In this document: piece after piece, positions 31,321 through 43,523 of the stretch | How the letters are laid out: the number at the start of each line of letters is the position of its first letter | How positions within the stretch are numbered: position 1 is the stretch's first letter | Source: an uncultured Bacillota bacterium | Lineage (GTDB): Bacteria; Bacillota; DTU025; MWDF01 | NCBI GenBank assembly: GCA_963823655.1 | Contig: CAWGMK010000010.1 | Location: 352,001-416,000 of the forward strand | Direction of reading: 5' to 3' | Length of the DNA stretch: 64,000 nt | Translations under genes and position numbers: made by a program | Notes under the pieces: generated by a model | Database searches by the model: none | The model's input: only the letters and a program-made list of their open reading frames with translations | What the model was told of the DNA's origin: nothing

Positions 31321-32571
31321 ATGATGCTCGAGAACCTGCGCGTTCAGGACCCGGAACTGGCGGAGGCCATATTCAAGGAAGTATCAAGACAAAGGACCAA
31401 GATCGAGCTGATCGCCTCCGAGAACTTCGTAAGCCGCGCAGTGCTGGAGGCCGCCGGCTCGCCGCTTACGAACAAGTACGCCGAGGGGTATCCCGGCAAG
31501 AGATACTACGGCGGATGCGAGTTCGTAGACATCGCCGAGAACCTCGCAATTGAAAGGGCCAAGCAGATCTTCGGCGCAGAGCACGTAAATGTACAGCCTC
31601 ATTCCGGCGCGCAGGCCAACACGGCAGTGTATTTCGCAGCCCTGGAGCCCGGCGACAAAGTCCTGGGTATGAACCTGGCGCACGGGGGCCATCTAACCCA
31701 CGGCATGGCAATCAACATTTCCGGCAAGTACTTCAATTTCGTACCTTACGGCGTCTCGCAAAAGGACGAGAGGATCGATTATGATGCGCTCGAAGCCCTT
31801 GCTATGGCTGAGAAGCCAAAGCTAATCGTGGCTGGAGCCAGCGCCTACTCGAGGATAATTGATTTCCCGCGCTTCAGGCAGATTGCCGACAAGTGCGGAG
31901 CCCTTCTTATGGTTGACATGGCCCACATAGCGGGCCTTGTTGCAGCAGGCGTACACCCTAGCCCGGTACCTTACGCGCATTTCGTGACCACCACCACCCA
32001 CAAGACCCTCAGAGGACCCAGGGGCGGCATGATCCTGTGCACCGAGGAGTGGGGCAAGAAGATAGATTCAGCGATATTCCCCGGAATTCAGGGCGGACCG
32101 CTGATGCATATAATCGCCGCCAAGGCCGCGGCCTTCAAGGAAGCCCTCACCCCCGAGTTCAAGAGCTACCAGGTGCAGATAGTCAAGAATGCAATAGCTC
32201 TTGCGACTGCGCTTACAGAGAAGGGCTACAGGCTGGTCTCGGGCGGCACCGACAACCACTTGATGCTCCTGAACCTGATGGGAACGGGCATAACCGGAAA
32301 GCAGCTTGAGAAGGCATTGGATGCAGTCAATATCACAGTGAACAAGAACGGCGTCCCGTTCGATACGGAGAAGCCGACCATTACAAGCGGCATAAGGCTC
32401 GGAACGCCTGCAGTTACCACGCGCGGCATGAAAGAACCGGAGATGCGCCGGATAGCAGGCTTTATCGACAGAGTCATTAAGAACATAAACGACCAGCCTG
32501 AGCTCGATAAGGTGGCTTTGGAAGTGCTAAAGCTCACAAAGGACTTTCATTTATATGAGGAATATATATAA
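31321..32571 (+). CDS. glyA: Serine hydroxymethyltransferase
   Basis: [34 protein letters not shown]. Confidence 0.97.
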   Translation: MMLENLRVQDPELAEAIFKEVSRQRTKIELIASENFVSRAVLEAAGSPLTNKYAEGYPGKRYYGGCEFVDIAENLAIERAKQIFGAEHVNVQPHSGAQANTAVYFAALEPGDKVLGMNLAHGGHLTHGMAINISGKYFNFVPYGVSQKDERIDYDALEALAMAEKPKLIVAGASAYSRIIDFPRFRQIADKCGALLMVDMAHIAGLVAAGVHPSPVPYAHFVTTTTHKTLRGPRGGMILCTEEWGKKIDSAIFPGIQGGPLMHIIAAKAAAFKEALTPEFKSYQVQIVKNAIALATALTEKGYRLVSGGTDNHLMLLNLMGTGITGKQLEKALDAVNITVNKNGVPFDTEKPTITSGIRLGTPAVTTRGMKEPEMRRIAGFIDRVIKNINDQPELDKVALEVLKLTKDFHLYEEYI

Positions 32572-32733
32572 TTAATATGAGGCGGCTAGGAGGGCCGGTG
32601 ATCGGCCCTCCTCCCGATACCCTGTCGTAGCTGGTGAAGCAATCAATGCATCATTGATGTGGATCATATGGCAACACTGGACAGGGATACCCCTGTCCTT
32701 AGTATTGTATATATACCGAAAGGGGGAGAAGAA

Positions 32734-33312
32734 ATGGCAAAGCTTGTGGAGATACGCTGGCACAGTCGCGCAGGCCAGGGCGCCAAGACGGCAGCTCTGA
32801 CCCTAGCCGAGGCCGCCATCGAATCCGGCAAGTACGCGCAGGCGTTCCCTGAATACGGCCCGGAACGTATGGGCGCACCCATGCAGGCGTTCAACAGGAT
32901 CTCAGAGGATGAGATCACGGTTCACAGCAACGTACAGAACCCGACGATCGTAGTGATTCTCGACCCCAGCCTTATAGGGGCAACCAATGTATACGTAACG
33001 GGTGGCGTGCCCGAAGACGGCGTATACATAGTAAACACGCAGCTTCCGGCGGCAGAGATGAAGAAGAAGCTGGGAGTAGGCAAGGCGGCCAAGGTCTATA
33101 CCGTGGACGCGACGGCGATAAGCATCGACACCATCGGCAAGCCGATGCCGAACACGCCCATGATAGGCGCCCTGATCAAGATCACAAAGATGCTCGATTG
33201 GGACCTGGTAATCCATGAGACACGCGCCAAGCTGGGCAAGAAGTTCGGCAAGGACATAGTCGACAAGAATGTTATGGCCATGGAGAGGGCCTACAAGGAG
33301 GTGCGCTCCTGA
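32734..33312 (+). CDS. porC: Pyruvate/2-oxoacid:ferredoxin oxidoreductase, gamma subunit
   Basis: EIRWHSRAGQG, YGPERMGAP, PNTPMIGA. Confidence 0.9.
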   Translation: MAKLVEIRWHSRAGQGAKTAALTLAEAAIESGKYAQAFPEYGPERMGAPMQAFNRISEDEITVHSNVQNPTIVVILDPSLIGATNVYVTGGVPEDGVYIVNTQLPAAEMKKKLGVGKAAKVYTVDATAISIDTIGKPMPNTPMIGALIKITKMLDWDLVIHETRAKLGKKFGKDIVDKNVMAMERAYKEVRS

Positions 33313-33629
33313 TGATACCCGATAAGAATAAGGGTTGGAAAGACGTACCGAAGGCCGGGCGCATCCTCGATGCGGGCTCGGCGAATGAATATGAAACCGG
33401 CGGCTGGAGGACCTACAGGCCAGTTTATACACCGGAGAACTGCATACAGTGCATGTTCTGCTGGATATACTGCCCTGACTGCGCCATCAAAGTCGTCGAC
33501 GGCAAGATGGCAGGCATAGACTATTCCCATTGCAAAGGCTGCGGCGTTTGTGTCAGGGAGTGCCCGACCAAGGCCGAGAAGCGCGCCCTTGTCCTCGTAA
33601 AAGAGGATGAGGCGAAGGGGAAGGAGTGA
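33312..33629 (+). CDS. porD: 2-oxoacid:ferredoxin oxidoreductase, delta subunit
   Basis: TGGWR, CIQCMFCWIYCP, CKGCGVCVRECP. Confidence 0.92.
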   Translation: MIPDKNKGWKDVPKAGRILDAGSANEYETGGWRTYRPVYTPENCIQCMFCWIYCPDCAIKVVDGKMAGIDYSHCKGCGVCVRECPTKAEKRALVLVKEDEAKGKE

Positions 33630-33634
33630 CAGGA

Positions 33635-34813
33635 ATGACGAAGCTAACAGGAAAGACCGGTAATGAGGCAGTAGCCGAGGCCATGCGCCAGATCAATCCC
33701 GACGTAGTGGCCGCTTACCCGATCACTCCTCAGACCGAGATCGTGCAGATATATTCGAGCTTTGTGGCTAACGGCCAGTCAGATACCGAGATGGTTACAG
33801 TTGAATCCGAGCATTCGGCGATGAGCGCAACAATCGGTGCGGCCTCTGCGGGCGCAAGGGCGATGACCGCCACTTCCGCAAACGGCCTGGCGCTTATGTG
33901 GGAAGTCGTCTATATTTGCGCTTCGATGCGCCTTCCCGTCGTAATGCCCGTAGTCAACAGAGCCCTTTCCGGACCGATCAACATCCATAACGACCACTCG
34001 GACACCATGGGTGTAAGAGATTCCGGCTGGATACAGCTATACAGCGAGAACGCCCAGGAAGCCTACGACAACACGGTCATGGCCGCAAAGATCGCCGAGA
34101 ACAAGAAGGTTCTCCTTCCGGTCATGGTCATGATGGACGGCTTCATCATAAGCCACGCCCTCGAGGCGATGAGCATGCTCCCGGACGATGTCGTGAAGAA
34201 GTTCGTAGGGCCCTATAAGCCCGAAAATCCGCTCCTCGACGTAGATAATCCGCTTACCGTAGGACCTCTGGACCTCTTCGACTGGTACTTCGAGCACAAG
34301 AGGCAGCAGGCCCAGGCCATGATAGATTCAAAGGCAGTAATCCTCAAGGTCTCCAAGGACTTCGCGAAGCTCACCGGCAGGAGCTATGAGCTGTTCGAGA
34401 AGTACATGTTGGATGACGCCGAAGTAGCGATAGCGGTAATCGGCTCGACAGCCGGCACAGCACGCAAAGTCATCAACGACCTGCGCGCCGAGGGCATCAA
34501 GGCTGGCATGCTGAAAGTCCGCGTATTCAGGCCGTTCCCGACAGTGGAGCTGATCAAGGCGATCAAGGGCGTAAAGGCCTTCGGCGTCATGGACAAGGCT
34601 GATTCCTACGACGCAGTCGGAGGGCCTTTGTACAAGGACGTGCGCGCCGCAATGTACGGCAAGCGCGGCGGCAAGATCGTCAACTTCATCTACGGCCTTG
34701 GCGGCAGGGACGTAACCGAGCAGAACATACGCACGGTATTCGAGGACCTCAAGAAGATCGCTGACTCCGGCAAGGTGGCAAATCAGGTCACCTACCTGGG
34801 CGTCAGAGAGTAG
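33635..34813 (+). CDS. porA: Pyruvate:ferredoxin oxidoreductase, alpha subunit
   Basis: AYPITPQT, ESEHSA, NRALS, RPFP, GLGGRD. Confidence 0.93.
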   Translation: MTKLTGKTGNEAVAEAMRQINPDVVAAYPITPQTEIVQIYSSFVANGQSDTEMVTVESEHSAMSATIGAASAGARAMTATSANGLALMWEVVYICASMRLPVVMPVVNRALSGPINIHNDHSDTMGVRDSGWIQLYSENAQEAYDNTVMAAKIAENKKVLLPVMVMMDGFIISHALEAMSMLPDDVVKKFVGPYKPENPLLDVDNPLTVGPLDLFDWYFEHKRQQAQAMIDSKAVILKVSKDFAKLTGRSYELFEKYMLDDAEVAIAVIGSTAGTARKVINDLRAEGIKAGMLKVRVFRPFPTVELIKAIKGVKAFGVMDKADSYDAVGGPLYKDVRAAMYGKRGGKIVNFIYGLGGRDVTEQNIRTVFEDLKKIADSGKVANQVTYLGVRE

Positions 34814-34827
34814 GGGGTGGAAATAGG

Positions 34828-35757
34828 ATGGCAACTTTAAGGGAATTCGCTAAGAAGGAACTTGTGCTCTCATCAGGACATCGTGCCTGTGCGGGCTGCG
34901 GTTTCCCGACGATAATCAAACAGGTGGCCCTGGCATCCGACGCACCCCTTGTGGTCGGCTGCGCGACAGGTTGTATGGAAGTCACCACGACAATATATCC
35001 TTACACCGCGTGGAAGACCTCATTCATACATAACGCGTTCGAAAACGTCGCTGCCACTGTCAGCGGAGTAGAGGCGGCATATCAGTCGCTCAAGCGCCGC
35101 GGCAAGATAAAGAAGGACCAGAAGATCAACTTCGTCGCGTTCGGCGGCGATGGCGGCACCTATGACATCGGCTTCCAGTCGCTCTCAGGAGCTATGGAAA
35201 GAGGCCATGACATGGTATATGTCTGCTATGACAACCAGGCCTACATGAACACAGGCATACAGCGCTCATCAGCTACACCCAAGGGCGCCAACACCACGAC
35301 TTCCCCGGTCGGCTCAATGTCGACGGGCAAGCGCCAGTTCAGGAAGGACCTGACTGCTACCATGGTGGCGCACGACATACCATATGTGGCCCAGGCCAGC
35401 CCCTTCTTCTGGAATGACCTCACATCAAAGGCCAAGAAGGCCTTCGATGTAGAAGGACCGGCATTCCTGTGCGTAATCCAGCCCTGCGTATTGGGCTGGA
35501 AGTACGAGCCCAGCGAGTCGATGAGACTTGCAAAGCTCGCTGTAGAGACCTGCTACTGGCCTCTTTATGAGGTAGTAAACGGCGTCTACAAGCTCACCTA
35601 TAAGCCCAAGGAGAAGCTGCCCGTGGCGGAGTTCCTGAAGACCCAGGACCGCTTCAAGCACCTCTTCAAGCCGGAGAACGCCGCCTTGTTGCAGGAAATC
35701 CAGGATGACATCGATCTTAAGTGGAACAAGCTGCTGAAGCTCTGCGGCGAGATCTAG
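34828..35757 (+). CDS. porB: Pyruvate:ferredoxin oxidoreductase, beta subunit (TPP-binding)
   Basis: GHRACAGC, ATGC, GGDGGTYDIG, YDNQAYMNTG. Confidence 0.93.
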   Translation: MATLREFAKKELVLSSGHRACAGCGFPTIIKQVALASDAPLVVGCATGCMEVTTTIYPYTAWKTSFIHNAFENVAATVSGVEAAYQSLKRRGKIKKDQKINFVAFGGDGGTYDIGFQSLSGAMERGHDMVYVCYDNQAYMNTGIQRSSATPKGANTTTSPVGSMSTGKRQFRKDLTATMVAHDIPYVAQASPFFWNDLTSKAKKAFDVEGPAFLCVIQPCVLGWKYEPSESMRLAKLAVETCYWPLYEVVNGVYKLTYKPKEKLPVAEFLKTQDRFKHLFKPENAALLQEIQDDIDLKWNKLLKLCGEI

Positions 35758-35844
35758 GAATCGGACAAGTCATGATGTGCGCCAGAGGATAAGCCCTCTG
35801 GCGCCTTTTCATCTAAAGCGGGAAATTTCATACAACTATGTATA

Positions 35845-35873
35845 TTGACTATTAACATTCACAGTGGTAACAT
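35845..35873 (+). promoter_or_regulatory. serS promoter
   Basis: TTGACT-17 bp-TAACAT. Confidence 0.65.
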
Positions 35874-35882
35874 AACCTATAC

Positions 35883-36205
35883 TAACGCGATGAATGGGAA
35901 CAGTAGACGAAGAAGCGCCCTACAGAGAGCCGGTAAAGCAATAGGCCTTCCAAAGAGACCAAGCAGGTAATGATGGGAAATGACCGATTTGCAAAAGGTG
36001 TGAGACCGGTGGGAGCAAGCGTCGAATCCGCCCAGGAGCGGCCGGCCGAACAAGAGTAGGCTGTGACGGGAGCGCCCGAAAAAGCGCAACGAGAGGGTAT
36101 GCTTAGGTAGGCGATTGGACCTACTTGGCATACCAAGCGGGGTGGTACCGCGAGTATCATGTAACTCGTCCCCGTGCGGCAGATGACCGCACGGTATTTT
36201 TTTAT
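35883..36205 (+). promoter_or_regulatory. T-box riboswitch (Ser, specifier UCC)
   Basis: GCGATGA, AGTAG, AGAGAG and GGTGTGAGA motifs; GAA-TCC specifier (36027-36029); T-box AAGCGGGGTGGTACCGCG (36135-36152); terminator CCGTGCGG...CCGCACGG-T run. Confidence 0.92.
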
Positions 36206-36234
36206 TCCGGCGGTCCTAAAGGGAGGCGCGGCAG

Positions 36235-37507
<1,273 letters not shown>

Positions 37508-37582
37508 GTACATTAGGATTTGACGGGGCACCAGCCCTGATGTTAAAATCCAACTTGCTGATTCACTTCAGCCCACGGCCAC

Positions 37583-37671
37583 GGAGGGGTGTCCGAGCGG
37601 TTTATGGAGCTGGTCTTGAAAACCAGTGTCTCAGCAATGGGCCGTGGGTTCAAATCCCACCCCCTCCGCCA
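37583..37671 (+). tRNA. tRNA-Ser (TGA)
   Basis: Long variable arm, anticodon loop CTTGAAA, GCCA end. Confidence 0.95.
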
Positions 37672-37694
37672 TAATGCCTAATTGCCAGCTTTAC

Positions 37695-37785
37695 GGAGAG
37701 ATACCCAAGAGGCTGAAGGGGCCGGTTTGCTAAACCGGTAGTAGGGGAAACTCTAGCGCGGGTTCGAATCCCGCTCTCTCCGCCA
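37695..37785 (+). tRNA. tRNA-Ser (GCT)
   Basis: Long variable arm, anticodon loop TTGCTAA, GCCA end. Confidence 0.95.
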
Positions 37786-37886
37786 GATATGAAGGGGACC
37801 GGACGTACCGGTCCCCTTCAACCTTGCTTATAGGGCCAAACGGCTTATAATAGCACTTAGAGGGCATAATAAGGGAGGCGATTAAC

Positions 37887-38603
37887 CTGGGTGAGAACAA
37901 GCTTGTCAACGAAATCCGCCTATATCTAGTAAGCAACTCCGATCCCAAAATCGCCGAGAAGTACAGGAAATACTTCGTCGAGGGGTACGATCCGTACGGC
38001 GTGGATGCGTCTCTAACAGTACGAAAGGCCGAGGAGCTCATAAAGAGCGGTATTAGCCTCGATGAGGCAATGTCCGTGTCGCTTGAGCTTGTATCCTCGG
38101 GCAAGTACGAGGAAGGGCACCTGGCTATAAGCCTCATCAAAAGGCTGCGCAAGCAGTATACCAAGGAGACCTTCAAGCAGATCGCCGGCTGGTTCCAAAA
38201 GGGCATCAGGAACTGGGCCCACGTAGACGGCCTGTCCGGGGATGTCGTATCTTCCTTCCTTATAGATGGCATCATAGGGCTGCACGAGATCTCCATATGG
38301 GAAACGTCAGAGTATAAGTATCAAAGGCGAACAGTGCCGGTATCCCTTATAAAGACCGTAGGCAAGACATTCACTTCGAACCAGGTCATTGATACGGTGG
38401 AGCCGCTCATGCTGGACCCTGAAAAGGTCGTCCAGCAGGGTATGGGCTGGCTGCTCAGGGAGATCTGGAAGAAGGATCCGGCCCCCGTGGAGGCCGTTCT
38501 TATGAAGTACAGGCTGACGGGCCCTCGTGTGATTTTCCAATATGCCACAGAGAAGATGACCCCCGAAAAGAAGGAAGAGTTCAGAAGGAAGGTCAAAGTC
38601 TGA
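37887..38603 (+). CDS. DNA alkylation repair protein (AlkD-like HEAT repeat); probable CTG start
   Basis: KYFVEGYDPYGV, NWAHVD, VQQGMGWLLRE, FQYATEKM; GGGAGG lies 8 nt before an in-frame CTG. Confidence 0.8.
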   Translation: MGENKLVNEIRLYLVSNSDPKIAEKYRKYFVEGYDPYGVDASLTVRKAEELIKSGISLDEAMSVSLELVSSGKYEEGHLAISLIKRLRKQYTKETFKQIAGWFQKGIRNWAHVDGLSGDVVSSFLIDGIIGLHEISIWETSEYKYQRRTVPVSLIKTVGKTFTSNQVIDTVEPLMLDPEKVVQQGMGWLLREIWKKDPAPVEAVLMKYRLTGPRVIFQYATEKMTPEKKEEFRRKVKV

Positions 38604-38605
38604 GG

Positions 38606-39415
38606 ATGATCGCACCGGTTACAAACGCAAAGCGGCTATTCATGCCGAAGACATACCATAACAGGCTGATCAAGGGCGTGATGCAGTTCGGGCTCATCAA
38701 GCCCGGCGATAGCATCCTTGTGGGCTTCTCCGGAGGGAAGGACAGCGCATTTCTGCTATATGCCCTGAAATGCCTGCAAAGCTACGGCAGCCTGGACTTT
38801 AGCCTCGGGGCAGCTACCGTGGACCTGGGATTCGAGAAGCCGCTTGAAGAGAAGCCGATTTCGGACTTCTGCGAGAGCCTCGGGATTAGCCACTCGTTCA
38901 TAAGGACAAAGGCCTATGACGTAATAATGGAGCGTTCCGAGGAATCCCCCTGCGCATGGTGCTCATATTTCAGGAGGGCCACCATAAACAGCTTCGCGGT
39001 GAAGAGCGGGTTCAACAAGGTGGCCTATGCGCATCACATGGACGATGCCATAGAGACCCTGCTTATGAACATGCTCTATTCGGGCAGGGGAGGCACTTTC
39101 CTTCCTTTGACCAAGCTGGAGAGAAGCGGTATAGAGGTAATAAGACCCCTGATCTACTTCGAGGAGAGGGACGTCGCCCGCTCACTGAAATTCATGGGTT
39201 TCGAGCCCGTGCCAAGCCCCTGCCCGTTCGGCGAGCAAACGGCAAGGGCCAAAGTGAAGGCCATGATTAAAGACCTACACAGAGAGAATAAAATGGTAAG
39301 GCCAAACCTTGAGGCCGTAGTCAGATCCGGCCTGTCGCAATACATAGTGTCGGACAAACCTAAAAAAGGCCAAAATGGTCATTTGTTGGCTTCAGGAGGA
39401 ACAACCGGCGCCTAG
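38606..39415 (+). CDS. ttcA: TtcA family tRNA 2-thiocytidine biosynthesis PP-loop ATPase
   Basis: SGGKDS, PCAWCS, AHHMDD, IRPL, SPCP. Confidence 0.85.
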   Translation: MIAPVTNAKRLFMPKTYHNRLIKGVMQFGLIKPGDSILVGFSGGKDSAFLLYALKCLQSYGSLDFSLGAATVDLGFEKPLEEKPISDFCESLGISHSFIRTKAYDVIMERSEESPCAWCSYFRRATINSFAVKSGFNKVAYAHHMDDAIETLLMNMLYSGRGGTFLPLTKLERSGIEVIRPLIYFEERDVARSLKFMGFEPVPSPCPFGEQTARAKVKAMIKDLHRENKMVRPNLEAVVRSGLSQYIVSDKPKKGQNGHLLASGGTTGA

Positions 39416-39443
39416 AAAACGTAGAATATATATAGTCGGTTAA

Positions 39444-39473
39444 TTTGACGTCAAACTGGCATTAAAATATAAT
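39444..39473 (+). promoter_or_regulatory. Near-consensus SigA promoter with a palindrome over the -35
   Basis: TTGACG (39445-39450)-17 bp-TATAAT (39468-39473); palindrome TTTGACGTCAAA (39444-39455). Confidence 0.75.
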
Positions 39474-39513
39474 CATATAAGTATGAAGTCTTAAGCTCTG
39501 GAGGCTGATTCCC

Positions 39514-40221
39514 ATGAGATTTAAAGCTAGCGCTGCATTGTCGGCTGCAGCCAGGATGTTGGCTGTAGCCGCATTAGTAATTATCATAGCAAGGGCAGCG
39601 CAGGCCGCCCCCTCAGGCGAGGAAATTGCCGCGAGAGTCAAGGCCAGCTATGAGAGCCTTAAGACAGTATCACTCATCACTGCAATAGAATATAAGGACG
39701 GCAAGAACCTTCTTGCCATGAAGGCCAGCGTTAGTGCGGATATGGCCACAGGCATCCTTCGCATAGAGATAACCGAACATCCCGTAATAGAAGGCCAGAT
39801 AGTAATCATAGACGGCACCAAGGGCATATCTACTGTTTATATGCCGGTAACAAGCCAGGCGTTCCGCGGGCCTTCAGCTAAAGTGGCTGCGGCCATCGGG
39901 CTTGACCTAAGCGCGATAGACCCGGAGCAGCTTTTGAACATCGACATCAACTCGGCACTATCCGTAAAGTATGTAAGGACGGAGAAAATCGACAGGTTCA
40001 ACTATTACGTGCTGGAAACTAGGCCTAAACAGGCTCCTGATACATATCAACTCGTATGGGTCGACGCGGAAAACTACAGCATCAAGCAAGTAGAGGCGTT
40101 CGACGCAGCTAAAGTAAGACTGGTCAAGGTCGTAATAGAAGACTACAAGCCGAATGTAAAGCTTGATCTAAAGAAGCTCGTTGAGCTGCCCAAGGGCACT
40201 AAGTTGACCGATATAAAATAA
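39514..40221 (+). CDS. Secreted LolA-like (lipoprotein carrier fold) protein
   Basis: Signal peptide ending AQA; IIDG..YMP, YVLETRPK, LVWVD, and C-terminal NVKLD..LPKG, as in LolA-fold proteins. Confidence 0.7.
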   Translation: MRFKASAALSAAARMLAVAALVIIIARAAQAAPSGEEIAARVKASYESLKTVSLITAIEYKDGKNLLAMKASVSADMATGILRIEITEHPVIEGQIVIIDGTKGISTVYMPVTSQAFRGPSAKVAAAIGLDLSAIDPEQLLNIDINSALSVKYVRTEKIDRFNYYVLETRPKQAPDTYQLVWVDAENYSIKQVEAFDAAKVRLVKVVIEDYKPNVKLDLKKLVELPKGTKLTDIK

Positions 40222-40246
40222 TACCCGGTCTTCTGGAGGGAAATAT

Positions 40247-43200
40247 ATGAATCTTACGCTGTTCTCACTAAAAAGGCCGGTAACAGTCCTTATGACGATA
40301 CTGGCCATTCTTCTTTTCGGTCTGATCTCCTTCGGAAGATTAGGGCTTGAGATGCTGCCCAATCTTGATTTCCCGATGCTCGCGGTAGTAACGATATATC
40401 CGAACGCCGACGCTGAAACGGTCGAATCGACGGTTACCGTGCCGGTGGAAGCCTCCATACGATCTATTAGAGGAGTCAAGAATGTAAACTCCACCAGCAT
40501 GGAGAATGCCTCCATGATAATGATGGAGTTCGAATGGGGCACGAACCTCAGCGAAGTGGAATCGCTCGTGAAATCCGAGCTAGAAGCCAATGCGCTCTTC
40601 ATGCCCAGCGGAGCTCAGGCGCCCTTCATCATGAGGATGAACCCCAAATCTGTTTCTATGCTGATGATAAGCATAGGCCTCGAAGGCGACCCCGTGGATG
40701 TGACAGCCAGGATAAGAAGCGAGATACTCCCCGAGCTGAACAGGGTTCCGGGGGTTGCAGGCATAATCCTCAGCGGCGGAACGGATAAGATAATAACTGT
40801 CGAGTACGACCATGATAAACTAGTCGAAAACAGCGTCAATCCTTCGCTTTTGCAGCTTCTGATCCAGTATCAGAACATGTCCATTCCTGCAGGTACCATT
40901 GTTGAAGAGGGAGTAAGGTACCAGACCAAGGTGGGCTCGAAGCTCAAGAGCCTGGAGGATATCGAAAACCTCGTAATCGGACTTAAACAGAAGGATGAGG
41001 ACAGCGAGGGCGGCTCCGGAATATTGGGGCTTTCCATGCTGATGCCATCATTCCTTACAGTTGGCGACGTGGCGGATGTAAGAGTAGAGGGGCAGACGGC
41101 AGAGGGCTTCATGAGGATAAACGGGAAGTCCAGCGTCGTCATAATGATATACAAGCAGTCGGGCTACAATACAGTCCAGGTGGCAAGGGACGTCAAGGTA
41201 AAGATTGCCGAGCTGAGGGAGAAGTATCCCGAGATATCTCTTGGCTACATCTTCGACCAGTCGGAGTACATATCCCAAGTCGATTAGCGACCTAGGCTCA
41301 AGCGCTATACAGGGCGCATTCCTGGCCATGGCGATATTGCTCGTATACTTGAGAAGCATAAAGGCAACATTCGTAATCGGATTATCGATTCCGCTTTCCA
41401 TAGTTATCACTTTCGCCGTGATGCTTGCCACGAAAATGGAGCTAAACCTCCTTACTCTAGGAGGGCTTGCGCTGGGGATAGGAATGCTCGTGGACAACTC
41501 GATAGTTGTCCTCGAGAGCATATACCGAAGAAGAGAGATGGGCGACAGCATGTTCGATGCTGCCCTATACGGCACCAAGGAAGTTGCCTTGGCGATAATG
41601 GGCTCTACTCTTACGACAATCGGCGTATTCATTCCGGTAATATTCCTTTCAAGCCTTGCCGGGCAGCTCTTCAAGGACCTGGCCCTAACGGTCACTTATT
41701 CGCTGGCGGCATCGATTTTCGTCGCCTTGACGATAGTGCCTCTTGCAAGCCTCAAGCTGAATCTGAAGGCCCCCAAGAATGCCGCCTTGGAGCTTGAGGA
41801 ATCCAATCTATACCGAGAAGGAAAGGTATGAAAGGTACGGCAAGAAGAAGTCACTGAAGATATACGAAAATGCCGTCGGCTGGGGACTCAGGCATAAGTG
41901 GTATGTGATAGTCATTGGTGGCGGCTTCGGTCTTAATTTCGGTATTCCTGTATATGAATATGGACCAGGAGTTCCTGCCTAAGATGGACATGGGCAGGAT
42001 AGACGTAACATTGACCCTGCCTGCAGGTAGCCCCATCTCGGTTACCGATGCGGCTTCTAAGGAATTCGAGGCCATGCTGCTTGAGAAACCATGGGTAGAA
42101 TCAGTCTCGGCCCAGGTAGGAAGCATGGGAACTGGCTCATACCTGGCGCTTACCCTTTCGAATGCCGCCAATGAGGCGACTCTGGGCGTGAATATCCGTC
42201 AGGATGCGGAGAACATCCATATCGATAAGGCGAACGAGGAGGTAAGGCTTGCCGCGAATGCGATCAAGGCCAAATACCCCGGCTCCAACATTACTGTAGA
42301 CACATCTGGCTTCGGCTCCCTGTTGGGAGGGGTCGTCGACATCTTCGGCACCAAGATAACAGTCAGCATAACGGGCAATAACGATGAGAATATTTCGAAG
42401 TTCGCGGCCGAAATCACCGAGAAGCTAAGGGCAACAGAGGGCATAGTCGACGTGGTTTCGGACCTTGAGAATACTCAACCTGTCATGGTTCTGGATGTTA
42501 ACAGGACCAGGGCTCTTAATGGGAGGCCTTACGGTCGCCCAGATTGGTCTTGGTGTAAGGACCAGTTCGCTGGGAACCAACGTAACGTCCATCAACCTGG
42601 ACGGTGAGACAATTCAGGTGGTGGTCAAGCCTTCAACAGGAGACAACCCTGATTTGGCCTCTCTCATGGATCTTCCTGTTAGCAGTTCGATGTCCATCTT
42701 CGGAGGCGCGGATTCTTCGGCGACATCAACCGCCGCCGCCGCTAGCTCGCTGCTATCGCCGGTGACCGATGTATATGTCAACAAAGTAGCCACTGCAGTG
42801 CCTGAGACCGGGCCTGTACAGCTGCTGAGATTGAACGGCGAAAGGATTGTCCAGGTAAAGTACGCCTTCGAAGACTCACTGAAGGTGGGAAGGGCGCAGG
42901 AAATCGCCGAAGAGATCGCGGCCGGCATGGATATACCTGAGGGTGTAAACGTAAGCTTCGGAGGGGTATCCGAGTTTCTCACTGAGGGCTTCAACGACTT
43001 ATACTTCGCAGGGGCGCTTGCGATATTCATCGTCTATTTCATAATGGCGGTCCAATTCGAATCCTTCCTGTATCCGCTGATAATCCTGTTCACCGTCCCG
43101 TTGGCGTTGATAGGTGCCATCGCCATAATGTTCTTAACAGGCCAGGCGATTGGCATAAGTGCTCTGATAGGGATAATCATACTTATCGGGGTGGTCGTGA

Positions 43201-43523
43201 ATAACGGCATTGTAATGGTGGATTTCATACTACAGATGAAATCCAAGGGATTTACTACAGACGAGGCAATAGTAGTCGCCGGCCGCTCAAGGTTAAGGCC
43301 GATTCTGATGACGGCCCTGACTACAATACTCGGGTTGATCCCGATAGCTTTGTCTACCGGAAAGGGTTCCGAAATCAGCAAGGGAATGGCATTGGCGGTA
43401 ATTGGCGGCCTTACGGTGGCCACTTACCTAACACTTGTGGTAGTGCCTGTTGTGTTCAAGCTCTTCGACGAGCTGAAAAACTGGATCTCCAGGCGCAAGG
43501 AGGTAAAAACGAATGAAGCTTAG
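40247..43523 (+). CDS. RND (AcrB/SwrC-like) permease; about 4 frameshifts
   Basis: KRPV, GMLVDNSIVVLE, GSTLTT, EFLP, QFES..YP, VNNGIV and RLRPILMT across successive ORFs. Confidence 0.88.

Noticed and set aside
37583-37671. tRNA-Sec or opal suppressor
   Set aside because: The anticodon is UGA (reads Ser UCA), not UCA, and the acceptor stem is a normal 7 bp.
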